DNA from: Tubulanus polymorphus
Taxonomy: Eukaryota > Animalia > Nemertea
DNA length: 64,000 bases
Assembly: GCF_964204645.1 (NCBI RefSeq)
Contig: NC_134025.1
Location: 10,664,001-10,728,000, forward strand
Reading direction: 5' to 3'
The translations under genes and the position numbers were made by a program. Within the stretch, counting starts at the first letter, position 1. Each line of letters begins with the position of its first letter. The notes under the pieces are model-generated. The model did no database searches, was not told where the DNA came from, and saw only the letters and a program-made list of their open reading frames with translations. Shown piece by piece: positions 63,800-64,000 of the stretch.

Positions 63800-64000
63800 C
63801 TACAAGAAATCCAACATTAAACATTAACAAATACAGAAGAAGCAGGCATTTGGGGATTTTAAGCGCAAAGACTTATGGAACCAATTTTGTGTGGGTTTCA
63901 AGCAAGAATTTCTTGATTCTTGTAGAATCAAATCCACAAGCCTTGTGTCAATCTTTTTTTGTATAACATATAAGCCACATGAATTTCTTGCGAGCCCAGT

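Overview
AT-rich, intron-containing animal (invertebrate, probably spiralian) genomic DNA. I rebuilt seven protein-coding genes by reading GT-AG boundaries, and they alternate strand strictly: ATE1 (-), BCKDHB (+), a TENT5/FAM46 poly(A) polymerase with an intronless CDS (-), CFAP298 (+), an EVA1/SUEL-lectin receptor (-), a C6orf118-like gene (+) and the 3' end of PRMT3 (-). Many non-autonomous transposons lie between them: piggyBac-, hAT-, Mutator- and Tc1/pogo-type MITEs, a tRNA-derived SINE, and two Helentron-like HINEs. The strongest signals are: (1) a tandem pair of 162-nt, apparently mutually exclusive ATE1 exons with a sterically constrained 74-nt intron and a candidate RNA helix; (2) two oppositely oriented HINEs whose ~154-bp tandem units each carry a near-consensus CTCF motif, forming convergent arrays about 42 kb apart; (3) a candidate internal first exon in EVA1 encoding a second signal peptide; (4) two gene pairs that are also neighbours in human (BCKDHB-TENT5, CFAP298-EVA1C). 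Gene names come from recalled protein motifs, not database searches.
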